DNA of 64,000 bases from an uncultured delta proteobacterium (GTDB lineage Bacteria; Myxococcota_A; Polyangia; Fen-1088). The stretch lies in NCBI GenBank assembly GCA_963767925.1, contig CAVYGB010000010.1:1056001-1120000 (forward strand), given 5' to 3'. Each line of letters starts with the position of its first letter. Within the stretch, counting starts at the first letter, position 1. The notes below the pieces were generated by a model. The model did not search any database, was not told the origin of the DNA, and saw nothing but the letters and a program-made list of their open reading frames with translations. Both the position numbers and the translations under genes were made by a program. Below are positions 41,401 to 52,000 of the stretch, one piece after another.

Positions 41401-41845
41401 GATCCGCCGAGGCGCTGGCGGCCGACCCCTCGCCCGCCGCTCCGGCGACCGCTTCGGCCCCCGGGGTGGCCGCCGTCGTCGGGCCCCCCGCCACCTCCGG
41501 CAGCAGGGTCGCCAGCACCCGGGCGGCGGGCCCCGCCGCCTGCAGCGACGCCGCCCCCTCCACCCCCCGCACCAGCTCGCGCAGCACCTGGATCCAGGGC
41601 CAATACGCGGGCGCCCCCCCGGTCTCCCAGCAGCGGCCCCACAGCGGGCGCAGGCCGCGGGCCTCGGCGGCGCGGGCCGCCTCGTCGGCGAGGCGGGTCT
41701 TGCCGATGCCGGGGGCCCCGACCAGCAGGAACAGCCCGCCCCGGCCGGCCACCGCCTCGTCGATCGCGCCGGACAGCTCGTCGAGCTCCCGATCGCGCCC
41801 CACGAACAGCCGCCGACTCCCGGTCATCGTGGCCTCGTTTGCCAT
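38453..41845 (-). CDS. STAND/AAA_16 ATPase with TPR-like region and conserved C-terminal domain (putative regulator)
   Basis: FVGRDREL, GAPGIGKT, LVLDDLHAAD, EGNPLFL, FSHVLVRE; C-terminal ERARTNVQRRIR...VRTGTFCSYDP. Confidence 0.88.
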   Translation of the reverse strand: MANEATMTGSRRLFVGRDRELDELSGAIDEAVAGRGGLFLLVGAPGIGKTRLADEAARAAEARGLRPLWGRCWETGGAPAYWPWIQVLRELVRGVEGAASLQAAGPAARVLATLLPEVAGGPTTAATPGAEAVAGAAGEGSAASASADPMQARFRLFEATVALLRAAGERTPLLLVLDDLHAADPSSLAMLHFLARNLRGLRALVVGTYRDEEARLSAEVGRLLTDVAREGAYLPLAPLDRAGIAALVAGAAGRPADAGLVDAVERATEGNPLFLNELLRLMAARGELGPAPREAAALPIPDTVREVIGRRIARLGPETRAALAAASVVGRDFPLALLLAVGGASSVELERRLEEAERAGLVQAQARGSWRFSHVLVREALYREIDPAARAGAHERVAAALEASARGDAAVAEIAHHRLAALPEGDAVKAAGAARVAAERAMALLAFEDAALLLQRTRQAVEARPAPDRRDLCELELLEGTAWMRAGDPGRGRAACSAAAAEARRLGAGDLLARAALGYGAELMLAQSDPTLVTLLREALDRLPAGPDGWRAQVLARLAATLQPARDVQVPMAMAREALAMARAIGDPSILRTVLLAGGAALADYAPPAERAAVSEELLALATAAGDRFQVMRAQSRLVFDRFELGSPAHATRALDAYELQARGFRQARHVYPGRLMRAMLVSAQGHFDTAGRLYEEAVALAEGDPDPPTRFVLAWSRHGRALESERLDEMLAAEEQIQLVQNAPDIPELPPAFTHLPIAAVRARLSDLPPLRQRLDQIDLGDASVFGDHRLYALMVEPVALLDDRERARALYPLMLSTAGHIIAFGRAGMSCGGPGDTALGMLAMVAGELEGADRHFTAAANLARTAELHPHLAQNLYWHARLQLLRGNRPGARALVAEARVLADRLGLAILQTRLAELDEAAAGLAAAAPARPGPPRPETEGSPPAAAPAPPALPAAPPFAFVREGDYWTVTSGEAICRLKDTRGMQLLAELCAHPGREQHVLALSGTTGEADLSGDAGEALDAEAIAEYRARVEELDDTIAEAESFGDATRAAQAREERAAIAAELAAGVGLGGRARRTGSAAERARTNVQRRIRGAIRKIGESIPALGAYLDRTVRTGTFCSYDPL

Positions 41846-41929
41846 GTGTCGCCGCCTGCTGTCCAGTCGGAGAAGAGGCAACGCGGGCGCCCGGCCGCTC
41901 CGCGTTGCCCGTCGTTCGAGGTCCGGGCG

Positions 41930-42832
41930 TCACTTGCTCCGGCGCGCCACCCCACCCTTGTCCGCCCCGGGGGTCATGCGGTCGAAGTCGCGGCGAAAAG
42001 CCACCTCGTCGATCTGGAGACCGTCGATGAGCGCCCCGAAGCTGCGGGCCAGGGCCCCCATGGTGACGGCCTCGCCGATCTCGCGCGCGGTCGCCCCCTC
42101 CAGCTTCGCGAACTCGGTGTCGGCGACCACGCAGTAGCGGCAGGGAACCTGGGCGGCGACCGCCAGGCTGATCAGCGACTTGGTCTTGCCGGGCAGCGCG
42201 CTGGGGCTCATCTCCAGATCCCGCATCTGCAGCCACAACCCGGGCAGCGCCTCGGGCGGCACCCGCTTCATGAACCCGGGCACCGCCCCCAGGGTCTGCT
42301 CGATGTCGGCGAGCGCGGTGGCGGCGTCGACGACCGCGATCGGCTTGCGCGCGGGCGGCTGCCCGGAGGCGGCCGCCTTCGTGATGGTGTCGACGAGCTG
42401 CTTGATCTCGGCGCGGAACCCGGCCTCGTCGAGCTGGATGCCGTGAAAGAAGGTGCTGAAGCGGCTGACCAGGGCGGCGATCGCCACCGCCTCGCCCACC
42501 TCGGCGGTGGTGGCGCCGTTGGCCCGCGCGCAGCGGGTGAACGAGTAGGTGGCGCGGCTGCCGGCCTGGGCGGCCACCGCCACCCCGATCAGCTCCTTCT
42601 CCTTGATCGACAGGGCCGTCTTCGAGCTGTTCTGGAACTCCTTCACCTCCCGCCAGAGGCCGGGCAGCAGGGGCTCGGGGATGGCGGCGACGAAGGCCGG
42701 CACGAAGCCGAGGGTCTTGCCGATGTCGGCCCGGGCGGCGTCGGCGGCGCTGTCGGCGCGGGCCCCCCCGGCGGCGAGCGACACCGAGAGCGAGAGAACG
42801 CAAACTGGGATGAGCTTGAACCTGTGGGTCAT
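41930..42832 (-). CDS. Secreted tandem CMD/AhpD-family protein
   Basis: Signal peptide; two repeats of DI..TLG.VP.F...K.K.LI..AVAAQ; CRYC in the second repeat. Confidence 0.88.
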   Translation of the reverse strand: MTHRFKLIPVCVLSLSVSLAAGGARADSAADAARADIGKTLGFVPAFVAAIPEPLLPGLWREVKEFQNSSKTALSIKEKELIGVAVAAQAGSRATYSFTRCARANGATTAEVGEAVAIAALVSRFSTFFHGIQLDEAGFRAEIKQLVDTITKAAASGQPPARKPIAVVDAATALADIEQTLGAVPGFMKRVPPEALPGLWLQMRDLEMSPSALPGKTKSLISLAVAAQVPCRYCVVADTEFAKLEGATAREIGEAVTMGALARSFGALIDGLQIDEVAFRRDFDRMTPGADKGGVARRSK

Positions 42833-42857
42833 GGCGAATCTCCTTTCGCTCCCGGGA

Positions 42858-42885
42858 CGTGATTCGGCCCGGAACAGTGTTCCGG
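42858..42885 (-). promoter_or_regulatory. Shared upstream element, copy 1 (GGAACACTGTTCC-N8-TCACG)
   Basis: Palindrome CCGGAACA-G-TGTTCCGG at 42869-42885; extra half-site gtgttcctcgg at 42901. Confidence 0.75.
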
Positions 42886-42963
42886 ACAGTCCCTTCCCCG
42901 GTGTTCCTCGGTCGAGGGTGGGCCAGCGCGCCGCATCCCGCGCGGCCGAGCGCAGCGCGTCGG

Positions 42964-44385
42964 TCAGCGCGGCCGTGGGGGCCGGACGCGCGCCCGCCGG
43001 CGGCGCCGGGCCGCGCCCACCCCGCCGAGCGCCCCGAGCGCGAGGGCCAGCAGCCCGCCCGCGCCGCTGCGTCCGGCCGACCCGCGGCCGCCGGGCCCGA
43101 GGTGGCAGCCGCAGCCGCCGCCGCCGTCAGCGGGCGCCACCGGGGCGGCGTCGGGGCGGGGGCCGGGCACGAGGTTGGTGGGGCAGGCCGACGCGTCGAA
43201 CACGCCGCGGACCACCTCCTGGATGCAGGCGGCCGAGCAGGTCAGGTCGAGGCGGACCGAGCCCGGGCAGGTCCGGGTCCTGACCACGTCGCGGTAGCGG
43301 GCCACCGGCTCCCAGGTGGTGGCGTCGGCCGAGCGGGCCAGGGCGAAGCCGTCGAGGAGGTTGTCGGTCGAGGCCCACAACAGCCCGGCGCGCTCGGCGA
43401 GGGCCCCGGGGCGGATCGCGGTCGAGCGCAGGGCGAAGCTGGCGCCCCCGTCGCTCGACACGTGCACCCGGCCCCCTTCGGTGTCGGAGATGCCGCCCGC
43501 CACCAGCTCGCCGCCGGCCCGCCGCACGAAGGCGGTCAGGCGGCCGCGCTCGATCACCAGGGCGTCGGCGATGGTGCGGCCACCGTCGCGCGAGATCACC
43601 AGCCGCTCGTCGGGGAAGCCCTGCGCGCGCAGGTAGAGGCGCTCGGGGTCTTCGGGGTCGACGGCGGCGATGCGGAGCTGGTCACCCCGGCTCGGCGCGG
43701 TGACGTCGACGGCGGTGAAGGTCGTCCCGCCGTCGTCGGAGCGCACGATCTCCACCCGGGGCAGCGACCCGCCGCTCACCGTGAGGTACAGCCGCTGCGG
43801 GCGGCTGCGCGCCGACTCGACGCTGTCGATGGTGGCCCCCAGCGGCACCTGGTAGCGGGGCGGGCCGAAGGTGGCGCCGCCGTCGCGCGACAGGTACAGG
43901 CCGAAGCCGTCGGCCGGCGCGGCCAGGCGGGGCCGGGCCACCACCCAGACCCGGTCGGCGTCGCCTGGATCGGCGAAGATGCCGGTCAAGGTGGCGGCCT
44001 GCATCTCGGGGTGGGCCTTCCAGCTACAGGCGCTGTCCTCGCTGACCGCGAAGCCGACCGGGCCAGCGGCGTAAAGGCGCGGCCGCGGACCGGGGCCCAT
44101 TTCGTAGATCCCGGCCAGCAGCCCGTCGCCGTGCTCGCACAGCCACTCCCAGCGGCCGCCGCCGTCGGCGGTCGAGATCACCCCGAAGTTGGTCGCGAGC
44201 AAGATCTGCTCGGGCGCTCCGGGCGGCACGAACACCCGCAACGACCCGGGGAAGGCGCCGTTGGCCCGGGCCGGCGCCGGCGCCAGGGCCAGCGCCGCAG
44301 CGACCACGAAGACGAAGACGACGGCCAGCGCGCTGCCCGCCCCCGCGGCGGCTGGCCGGGGGCGGAGGGACAGCCGGGGGCTCAT
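42964..44385 (-). CDS. BNR/Asp-box beta-propeller surface protein with MYXO-CTERM-like tail
   Basis: Signal peptide, repeated S.DGG.TF, GGGCGC...RRRRAR. Confidence 0.8.
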   Translation of the reverse strand: MSPRLSLRPRPAAAGAGSALAVVFVFVVAAALALAPAPARANGAFPGSLRVFVPPGAPEQILLATNFGVISTADGGGRWEWLCEHGDGLLAGIYEMGPGPRPRLYAAGPVGFAVSEDSACSWKAHPEMQAATLTGIFADPGDADRVWVVARPRLAAPADGFGLYLSRDGGATFGPPRYQVPLGATIDSVESARSRPQRLYLTVSGGSLPRVEIVRSDDGGTTFTAVDVTAPSRGDQLRIAAVDPEDPERLYLRAQGFPDERLVISRDGGRTIADALVIERGRLTAFVRRAGGELVAGGISDTEGGRVHVSSDGGASFALRSTAIRPGALAERAGLLWASTDNLLDGFALARSADATTWEPVARYRDVVRTRTCPGSVRLDLTCSAACIQEVVRGVFDASACPTNLVPGPRPDAAPVAPADGGGGCGCHLGPGGRGSAGRSGAGGLLALALGALGGVGAARRRRRARVRPPRPR

Positions 44386-46058
44386 GCCGGCTGACCGTCG
44401 CTGTGCACGTAGCGGAACCAGAGCAGCTCGTCGAGGTCGGCCCGCCCGCTGCCGGGGTTCCAGCGCGGCGGCGCGGCGGCAGCCTCGTCGCGCAGCCGGC
44501 GGGCGGCGGCCCGGGCCTCGCCGAGGTAGCGGGCCCGCGCCTCGCGCAGCTCCGGCTCGGTCAGCGGCGGATCGCCCGCGCCCGGCTCGGCACAGCCGGT
44601 CGCGGCGGCGAGCGCCTCCACCGTCAGATCGAGGGGCAGCGACACCGGCGCCGGCGTCTCGCGGTGGCGCCAGCCCCCGTCCCGCCAGGACAGGCTGTAG
44701 GCGGGCACGAAGGCCTCCCCCTCGTCGGCGATCAGCTCGACCGCGCTGAGGATGAAGTCGATGTCCTCGGCGCTGGCGTAAAACGGCAGCGTGATCCGCA
44801 CCCAGCCCGGCTTGACTCCCAGGTTGCCCCGGGCGATCTCCTGGCGGAAGCGCTCGGAGCGGGCGCGGTCGATGCCCAGCAGCCGGTGGCCGTAGGGGCC
44901 GGCGCAGGAGCAGCCGGCCCGGTTCTGGATGCCGAACAGGTGGTCGAGCAGCACCGACACCAGGTCGTGGTGCAGCCCCTCGATGTTGAAGGAGATGATC
45001 GCCAGCCGGGGCAGGGCCCGCGGTCCCAGCAGGTGGATGCGGGGGTGGCGGGCCAGCCGGGCCAGGGCCTGCTCGGCCAGCTCGGTCTCGTGGGCCAGGA
45101 TGCGGGCGGCGCCGGCCATCTCCTTGACCAGGAAGGCCACCCCCGCCCGGATGTCGCCGACGATGGCCGGCGTGCCCCCCTCCTCGCGATCCTCGAGGCG
45201 GCGGGTGTAGTCGATCGACCCGCGATCGATGCCCCCCACGTAGTCGACGGTGCCCCCGCCGGGCCGCTCGGGGACCGAGAGGCGGCACAGGCTGCGATCG
45301 AGCACCAGCACACCCGAAGCCTGCGGCCCGCCGATGAACTTGTGGGTCGAGAGCACCACCGCGTCGAGGGCCAGCCCGCCGGGCGGGTGCATGTCGATCG
45401 GCACGTAGGGCGCGGCGGCGGCGTAGTCGAACACCCCCAGCGCCCCCGCCCGCCGCAGCAGCGCCGCCACCGCGGGCACGTCGGTGAGGACACCGGTGAC
45501 GTTGGATGCCGCCGAGAAGGCCCCGATCTTCAGCGGGCGATCGGCGTGACGCTCCAGCTTGCGCGCCAGATCGGCCAGGTCGATCGCCCCGTCGCTGCCG
45601 AGGGCCACCTCGACAACCTCGGCGCTCGACTCGAGCCAGGGCAGCTCGTTGGAGTGGTGCTCGTAGGGCCCCACCAGCACCAGCGGGCGGGGGGCGACGT
45701 CCCAGGCGCCGGGCGCCCGCAGGCCGAGCAGCCCGACAAGCTTGTTGACCGCCGCGGTGGCACCGGCCCCCACCAGCAGCACCACGTCGTCGGGCCCCGC
45801 GTTCACCGAGCGGGCGATGACCCGCCGGGCCTGCTCGCGCAGCTCGCCCATGATCCGACCGGTCGAGGAGATGGCGGTGTGGGTGTTGGCGTAGTAGGGG
45901 CGCAGGCAGCGCACCCAGGTCTCGATGAAGTGAAGAAACCTCCCCGTGGCGGTGAGGTCCGCGTAGCAGAGCAGCCGCCGCCCGAACGGCGTCTCGATGG
46001 CGGTGTCGCGCCCCACCTCGTTCTTCCGGATCAACGTCACCACCTCGGACCAGTCCAT
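44382..46058 (-). CDS. Aminotransferase class V-fold PLP-dependent enzyme
   Basis: YADLTATGR, EHHSNELPW, SNVTG, STHKFIGGP, RAGCSCAGPYG. Confidence 0.9.
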   Translation of the reverse strand: MDWSEVVTLIRKNEVGRDTAIETPFGRRLLCYADLTATGRFLHFIETWVRCLRPYYANTHTAISSTGRIMGELREQARRVIARSVNAGPDDVVLLVGAGATAAVNKLVGLLGLRAPGAWDVAPRPLVLVGPYEHHSNELPWLESSAEVVEVALGSDGAIDLADLARKLERHADRPLKIGAFSAASNVTGVLTDVPAVAALLRRAGALGVFDYAAAAPYVPIDMHPPGGLALDAVVLSTHKFIGGPQASGVLVLDRSLCRLSVPERPGGGTVDYVGGIDRGSIDYTRRLEDREEGGTPAIVGDIRAGVAFLVKEMAGAARILAHETELAEQALARLARHPRIHLLGPRALPRLAIISFNIEGLHHDLVSVLLDHLFGIQNRAGCSCAGPYGHRLLGIDRARSERFRQEIARGNLGVKPGWVRITLPFYASAEDIDFILSAVELIADEGEAFVPAYSLSWRDGGWRHRETPAPVSLPLDLTVEALAAATGCAEPGAGDPPLTEPELREARARYLGEARAAARRLRDEAAAAPPRWNPGSGRADLDELLWFRYVHSDGQPA

Positions 46059-46258
46059 CTCCTGATTCTGGCACGCGCGCCCGGGACCCTGCAGCTTTCC
46101 CCCGGGGGCGCGACCCTCGACGGGCCCGGCGGCGCGAAACCCAAGGGTCGACGGGGCTTACCCCGGAGCACTCGCCCACCAATCGCTCCCGTCGGCGACC
46201 GGCCTGACCCCTGGCCGCCCCGCATTGCGGTCCCCCGGCGGCGCTTCATAGTCCGCGC

Positions 46259-47854
46259 ATGCTGGGAGGAGCCGGACGCCTACCCTGTCGCCGGCGGCGC
46301 GCGCCGCGGGCCTGCGGGCGCGCCGGCTGGCTCACGGCGCTGCTGGCCGCCGCCTGCCCGTCGGCGGGCGCCCGCGCGCAGAGTCCCGCGCCCCCGCCCG
46401 CCGCCTCGACGCTGAAGCTGTCGCTGCCGGAGGCCATCGCGCAGGCCCAGGCGGCCAGCGAGCTTGTCGAGCAGGCGCGCGCCGGGCTCGACCGCACGCG
46501 GGGCGAGAACTACCGCGCCCGCAGCGAGCTGCTGCCCAGCCTGGTGGGGTCGGCCTCGTACGACCGGACCATCGCCTCGGAGTTCGAGGGGCTGTTCGCG
46601 GGCGTGCCGCCCGCGGGCGAGCCGGCCATGCCGGGCAACAGCGGGCCCTCGCTCGAGTCGCTGGAGGCCCTGCCCTTCGGCCAGCGCAACACCTACCGCT
46701 TCGGCCTTTCGGTCTCGCAGAACGTGTACACCGGCGGGCGGGCCCGGGCCCGCCGGGGGCTGGCCGAGGCCAGCGGGCGCCTGGCGGGGAGCGCGCTCGC
46801 CACCGCCCGGGCCCAGGCGGTGCTCGACGTGGCCACCGCCTACAGCGACGCCCTGCTGGCCGAGCGGCTGCTCCAGATCGCCGACGACACCCTGGCCCTC
46901 ACCCGGCAGACGCTGGAGGTGACCCGCGCGGGCAAGGAGGCGGGCGCCCAGCCGGCCTTCGAGGTGCTGCGCGCCCAGGTGGCGGTCGACAACCAGCGGC
47001 CGATCGCCCTGCGCCGGCGCATGAACCGGAACCTGGCGCTGCTGCGGCTGCGGCAGCTCCTCGACCTGCCGGCCGATCGCCCGCTGGCGCTGACCTCCGA
47101 GCTGGAAACGGATCCGCGCCCGCTGACCGCGGCGGCGCGCCAGGCGGCGGGCATCGACGCCCAGCCGGGGCCACGCGCGCCCGTCCTAGACGCCCGCAGC
47201 AACCTCGACGCGCGCGAGGCCTCGCGCGACCTGGCCCGCAGCCAGGGGCTGCCCGCGCTCTCGATCGGATCGCAGCTCGGACGGGTGGCCTACCCGGCCG
47301 ATCTGTGGCCCGCCTGGGGCGAGTTTCGCACCAACTGGACGGTGGGCGCCGCCCTGACCTGGGCCCTGTTCTCCGGTGGGCGCGTGCACGGCGACGTGCT
47401 GGCCGCCGAGGCCGACCTGCGCGAGGCCCGGGCGACGCTCCGCCTGACCGGCGAGCTGGCCGCGCTCGACGACGCCAGCAGCCGGGCCGAGCTCGACAGC
47501 GCCCGGGCGGTGTTCGAGGCCAGCGCCGGGTCGGTCGAGCAGGCCCGGCAGGCCTACCAGCTCGCCGAGCTCCGCTACCGCGAAGGCGTCTCTACCCTGC
47601 TCGAGCTGACCGACGCCCGGCTGGCCCAGCAGATCGCCCACGGCAACCGGGCCCAGGCCGCCCGCGACCTGCTGCTGGCCTCGATCCGCCTGACCCTGCT
47701 GCCCAGCCTGCCGCTGCCCGGTCCCGGGCTGCCCCAGGGCGCCGGCGGCGCTGCTGCGGCCGAGACCCAGGCGCTGCCCGCCGCGCCGGCGGCGGGTGCC
47801 ACCCCCGGCGCCACGCCCTCGCCGGGGGCGGGCGGAGGGGCCTTCCCCCCCTGA
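46259..47854 (+). CDS. TolC-family outer-membrane efflux protein
   Basis: LSLPEAIAQA, YREGVSTLLELTDA; first gene of the RND operon. Confidence 0.88.
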   Translation: MLGGAGRLPCRRRRAPRACGRAGWLTALLAAACPSAGARAQSPAPPPAASTLKLSLPEAIAQAQAASELVEQARAGLDRTRGENYRARSELLPSLVGSASYDRTIASEFEGLFAGVPPAGEPAMPGNSGPSLESLEALPFGQRNTYRFGLSVSQNVYTGGRARARRGLAEASGRLAGSALATARAQAVLDVATAYSDALLAERLLQIADDTLALTRQTLEVTRAGKEAGAQPAFEVLRAQVAVDNQRPIALRRRMNRNLALLRLRQLLDLPADRPLALTSELETDPRPLTAAARQAAGIDAQPGPRAPVLDARSNLDAREASRDLARSQGLPALSIGSQLGRVAYPADLWPAWGEFRTNWTVGAALTWALFSGGRVHGDVLAAEADLREARATLRLTGELAALDDASSRAELDSARAVFEASAGSVEQARQAYQLAELRYREGVSTLLELTDARLAQQIAHGNRAQAARDLLLASIRLTLLPSLPLPGPGLPQGAGGAAAAETQALPAAPAAGATPGATPSPGAGGGAFPP

Positions 47855-47870
47855 CGATGGAGAAGCCGCC

Positions 47871-49006
47871 ATGACCGCCCACCTCCTCCCCGCCCGGACC
47901 GCGCTGCTGGCGCTCACCTGCGCCGTCGCCGCGAGCTGCCGCCCGGGCCCCCCGCCAACGGGCGGCTCCGACGGCGGCGCGGTCGCCACCTTGACCAGCG
48001 CCGACCTCGTCACCGTCTCCGAGCAGGCGGTCCGCACCGGTCCGCGCATCACCGGCCACCTCGAGCCGGCCGAGCGGGCCCAGATGCGGGCGGAGGTCGG
48101 CGGATCGATGAAGGCCGTCGCGGTCGAGGTGGGCCAGCGCGTGCGACGGGGCCAGCTCCTGGGGCGCATCGAGGCGGGCGGCACCCGCGACGCCTACCTC
48201 TCGGCCCGCACCGCCATGCAGTCGGCCGAGACCCAGGTCGCCATCGCCGAGCGCCAGGCCGCGCGCACCGACCGCCTCGTGCGCGCCGGCGCCCTGGCCG
48301 AGCGGGATCGGGAGGTGGCCAGCAACGCCCTGGTCACCGCCCAGGCCCAGCTCGCCGAGACCAAGGCGCGGCTGGTGACCAGCGGCGAGCAGTCGACAAG
48401 ACGACCCTGCAGGCCCCCTTCGCCGGCGTCGTGAGCGAGCGCGCCGTCAACCCGGGCGACGTGGTCAGCCCGGGCACGCTCCTCTTCGCCGTCGCCGATC
48501 CCAGCAGCATGCGGCTGGCCGCCCTGGTGCCGCCGGCCGCCGCCCCGACCCTGGCGATCGGCACCCCGGTCGCCTTCGAGGTGCAGGGCTATCCCGACAG
48601 GACCTTCGCCGGCAAGATCGCCCGGGTGTCGCCGGCCGCCGACCCCGGCACCCGCCAGATCCCCGTCCTCGTCTCCATCCCCAACCCCGGCGGCACCCTG
48701 TTCGCCGGGCTGTTCGCCAGCGGCCGCATCGCCACCGAGCAGCGCCGGGGCCTGGTGGCGCCGCTCGACGCCGTCGACGGCAGCGCCGACCCGCCCACCG
48801 TCAGCCGCCTGCGCGAGGGCGCCGTCGAGCGCGTGCCGGTCGAGCTCGGCCTGCGCGACGAGGTGGAGGAGAAGGTGGAGATCCGCGGCGGCCTGCGGCC
48901 GGGCGACAAGCTGCTGGTGGGCGCCGCCCGCGGCCTGGCCCCCGGGACCCGGGTCCGCCTGCCCCAGGCCCAGGCCCGCCTGCCCGCCCCGCCCCCGGTT
49001 CGCTGA
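47871..49006 (+). CDS. RND periplasmic adaptor (MFP), frameshifted near 48392
   Basis: VEVGQRVRRGQLL; adding one base gives QLDKTTLQAPFAGVVSER. Confidence 0.85.
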
Positions 49007-49015
49007 GCCCGCACC

Positions 49016-52000
49016 ATGTGGATCTCGAGCTTCTCCATCCGCAACCCGGTGGTCACCACCGTTGTCATGCTGGCCCTCGTCGTCTTCGGGGTCATCGCCC
49101 TGTTCCGCCTGCAGGTCGACGAGTTCCCCGAGCTCGAGCCGCCGGTTGTCTCGATCAGCGTCCCCTACCCCGGCGCCTCGCCCGAGGTCGTCGAGCGCGA
49201 GGTGCTCGACCGGCTCGAGGAGGCCTTCGGCTCGGTCAGCGGCGTCGACGAGATCCGGGGCACCGCCTCCGACAGCTTCGCCTTCCTGCTCGTGATCTTC
49301 GAGTTCGGGCGCGACCTGCAGGAGGCCAGCCAGGACATCCGCGACCGCATCTCCGAGATCCGCCGGGACCTGCCCCCCGAGATCGAGGAGCCGGTGCTGG
49401 CCCGCTTCGACCCGGCCGCCCTGCCCATCGTGTCGCTCACCCTCACCTCCGCCAGCCGGCCGCCGGCCGAGCTGACCCGCCTGGCCGATCCCGGCGTGGT
49501 GGGGGCCTTGCAGAGCCTGACCGGGGTGGCGGACGTGCGGGTGGTGGGCGGGGTGGAGCCCGAGCTGACCGTCGAGCTGCAGCCGCCCGCCCTGGAGGCG
49601 GCCGGCGTGGGGGTGGCAGAGGTGGTGCAGGCCCTCGCCGCCCAGAACCTGGCCGCCCCGGTCGGGCGCCTGACTGGCCCCCGCGAGGAGCAGACCATCC
49701 GCCTGCGCGGCCGCCTCGAGCGCCCGGCCGACTTCGCCGATCTGGTGGTGCCGGCCCCGGGCGCCCCCCCAGGCCGGCTGGTGCGGCTGGGCGAGCTGGC
49801 CAAGATCCGCGCCGGCAGCGAGGAGCCGCGCAGCCTGGCCCTCTACGACGCCGAGCCCGCCGTCGGCATCGACGTCATCAAGGCCACCGGCGCCAGCACC
49901 ACAACGGTGGCGGAGGCCATCCGCCGCCGGGTGGCCGAGCTGGGCAAGACCCTGCCGCCGGGGGTCGAGCTGCGCATCGTGCGCGACGCCGGTCTGCGGG
50001 TGTCCGAGTCGATGCGCGACGTGCAGACCTCGCTGATCGAGGGCGCCGCCCTCACCGTGCTGGTGGTGTTCCTGTTCCTCGCCTCCTGGCGCTCCACCGT
50101 GATCACCGGGCTGGCCCTGCCGGTGTCGGTGCTGGCCTCGTTCATCGCGGTGTGGGCCTTCGGCTTCACCCTCAACACGATGTCGCTGCTGGGGCTGTCG
50201 CTGGCCATCGGCATCCTCATCGACGACGCCATCGTCGTGCGCGAGAACATCGTGCGCCACATGGAGATGGGCAAGGACCACCTGCGCGCCGCCGAGGAGG
50301 GGACCTCCGAGATCGGCCTGGCGGTGGCGGCCACGACCTTCTCCATCGTGGTGGTCTTCGTCCCCATCGCCTTCATGGGCGGGGTGGCCCAGCAGTGGTT
50401 CGCCCCCCTGGCCCTCACCATCGCCGCCTCGGTGCTTGTCTCGCTGCTTGTGTCGTTCTCCCTGGATCCCATGCTGTCGGCTCACTGGCCCGATCCCGAG
50501 GTGGAGGGCCAGCGCCAGGGCTGGCTGTCGCGCCGACTGCACCGGTTCAACGCCTGGTTCGGGCGCCAGACCACGCGCTACCAGCGGGTCGTCGGGTGGG
50601 CCCTGCGCCACCGGCTCGCCACCCTGGCCATCGCCGCCGGCACCTTCGTGCTGGCCCTGGCCCTGCCCGCGCTGGGGGTGATCGGCAGCGCCTTCTTCCC
50701 CGACCAGGACCGCTCGGAGTTCGAGATCACGATCTTGACCTCGCCCGGCTCCCTCGAGGAGACGCGCGGTCGGGTGGCCGCCGCCGCCACCCTGGCCCGC
50801 CAGAGCCGCGAGGTGGCCTACACCTACGCCACCGTCGGCGGGCCCACCGAGGCGGTCGACGAGGCCAGCATCTACGTGCGCCTGGTGCCCCGCCACGCCC
50901 GGGAGCGCGGGCAGGCGGAGGTCGCCCGCGAGCTGCGCGACCGGGTCCGCACCATCCCCGGCATGACCGCCGCCCTGTCGACCGGCGGCTTCGGGGCGGA
51001 GAAGCAGATCCAGCTCCAGCTCAAGGGCCCCGACAGCGCCGTGCTGGGCCGCCTGGCCGAGGCGATGGCCGCGCGCGTGCGCCAGGTGCCGGGCGCGGTC
51101 GACGTGGGCCTGTCGAGCAAGGGCCTGCGCCCGGAGCTGGAGGTGGTGCTCGACCGCGAGCTGAGCGCGAGCCTCGGCGTGACCACCGCCCATGTGGCCC
51201 AGGCCCTGCGCCCGGCCTTCGCCGGGCTCGACGCCGGCGACTGGGTCGATCCGGCGGGCGAGAACCGGGACGTGATGGTGCGGCTGGGGCCGCAGTGGCG
51301 GACCACCCCGGCCGATGTGGCCCGCTTGCCCCTGCTCATCGCCCGCCCCCCCGGCGAGGCGGCGGCCGGCCCGGCCGCCATCCCGCTGGGGCAGGTCGCG
51401 CAGCTCCGTCCGGGGACCGCGGCGGCGGTGGTCAACCACCTCGACGGCGAGCGGGTGGTGGTGGTGGGCGCCAACACCGAGGGCCGGCCCCTCAACCAGG
51501 TGGTGGCCGACATCGGGCGCCGGCTGCAGGGGCTGACCCTGCCCCCCGGCTACAGCATCGGACAGGGCGGAGAGACCGAGGGGCAGCAGGAGGTGTTCGG
51601 CCGGATCCTTGTCTCGCTCGGGGTGGCGGTGATGCTGATGTATTTCATCCTCGTCATCCAGTTCCGGTCGTTCCTCGACCCGCTGGCCATCATGGCCTCG
51701 CTGCCGCTGTCGCTGATCGGCGTGATGCTGGCCCTGGCCATCACCGGCTCGACCCTCAACATCATGAGCCTGATCGGCGTCATCCTCCTGATGGGGATCG
51801 TGGCCAAGAACGCCATCTTGCTCATCGACTTCGCCAAGTGGGCCGAGGCGCGGGGGGTGAACCGGGAGACCGCCCTGGTCGAGGCCGGCGGCGTCCGCCT
51901 GCGCCCGATCTTGATGACCAGCGTGGCCATCATCGCCGGCATGATGCCGGTGGCCCTCGGGGTGGGCGGGGAAGGGGCCGACTTCCGGGCCCCCCTCGGC

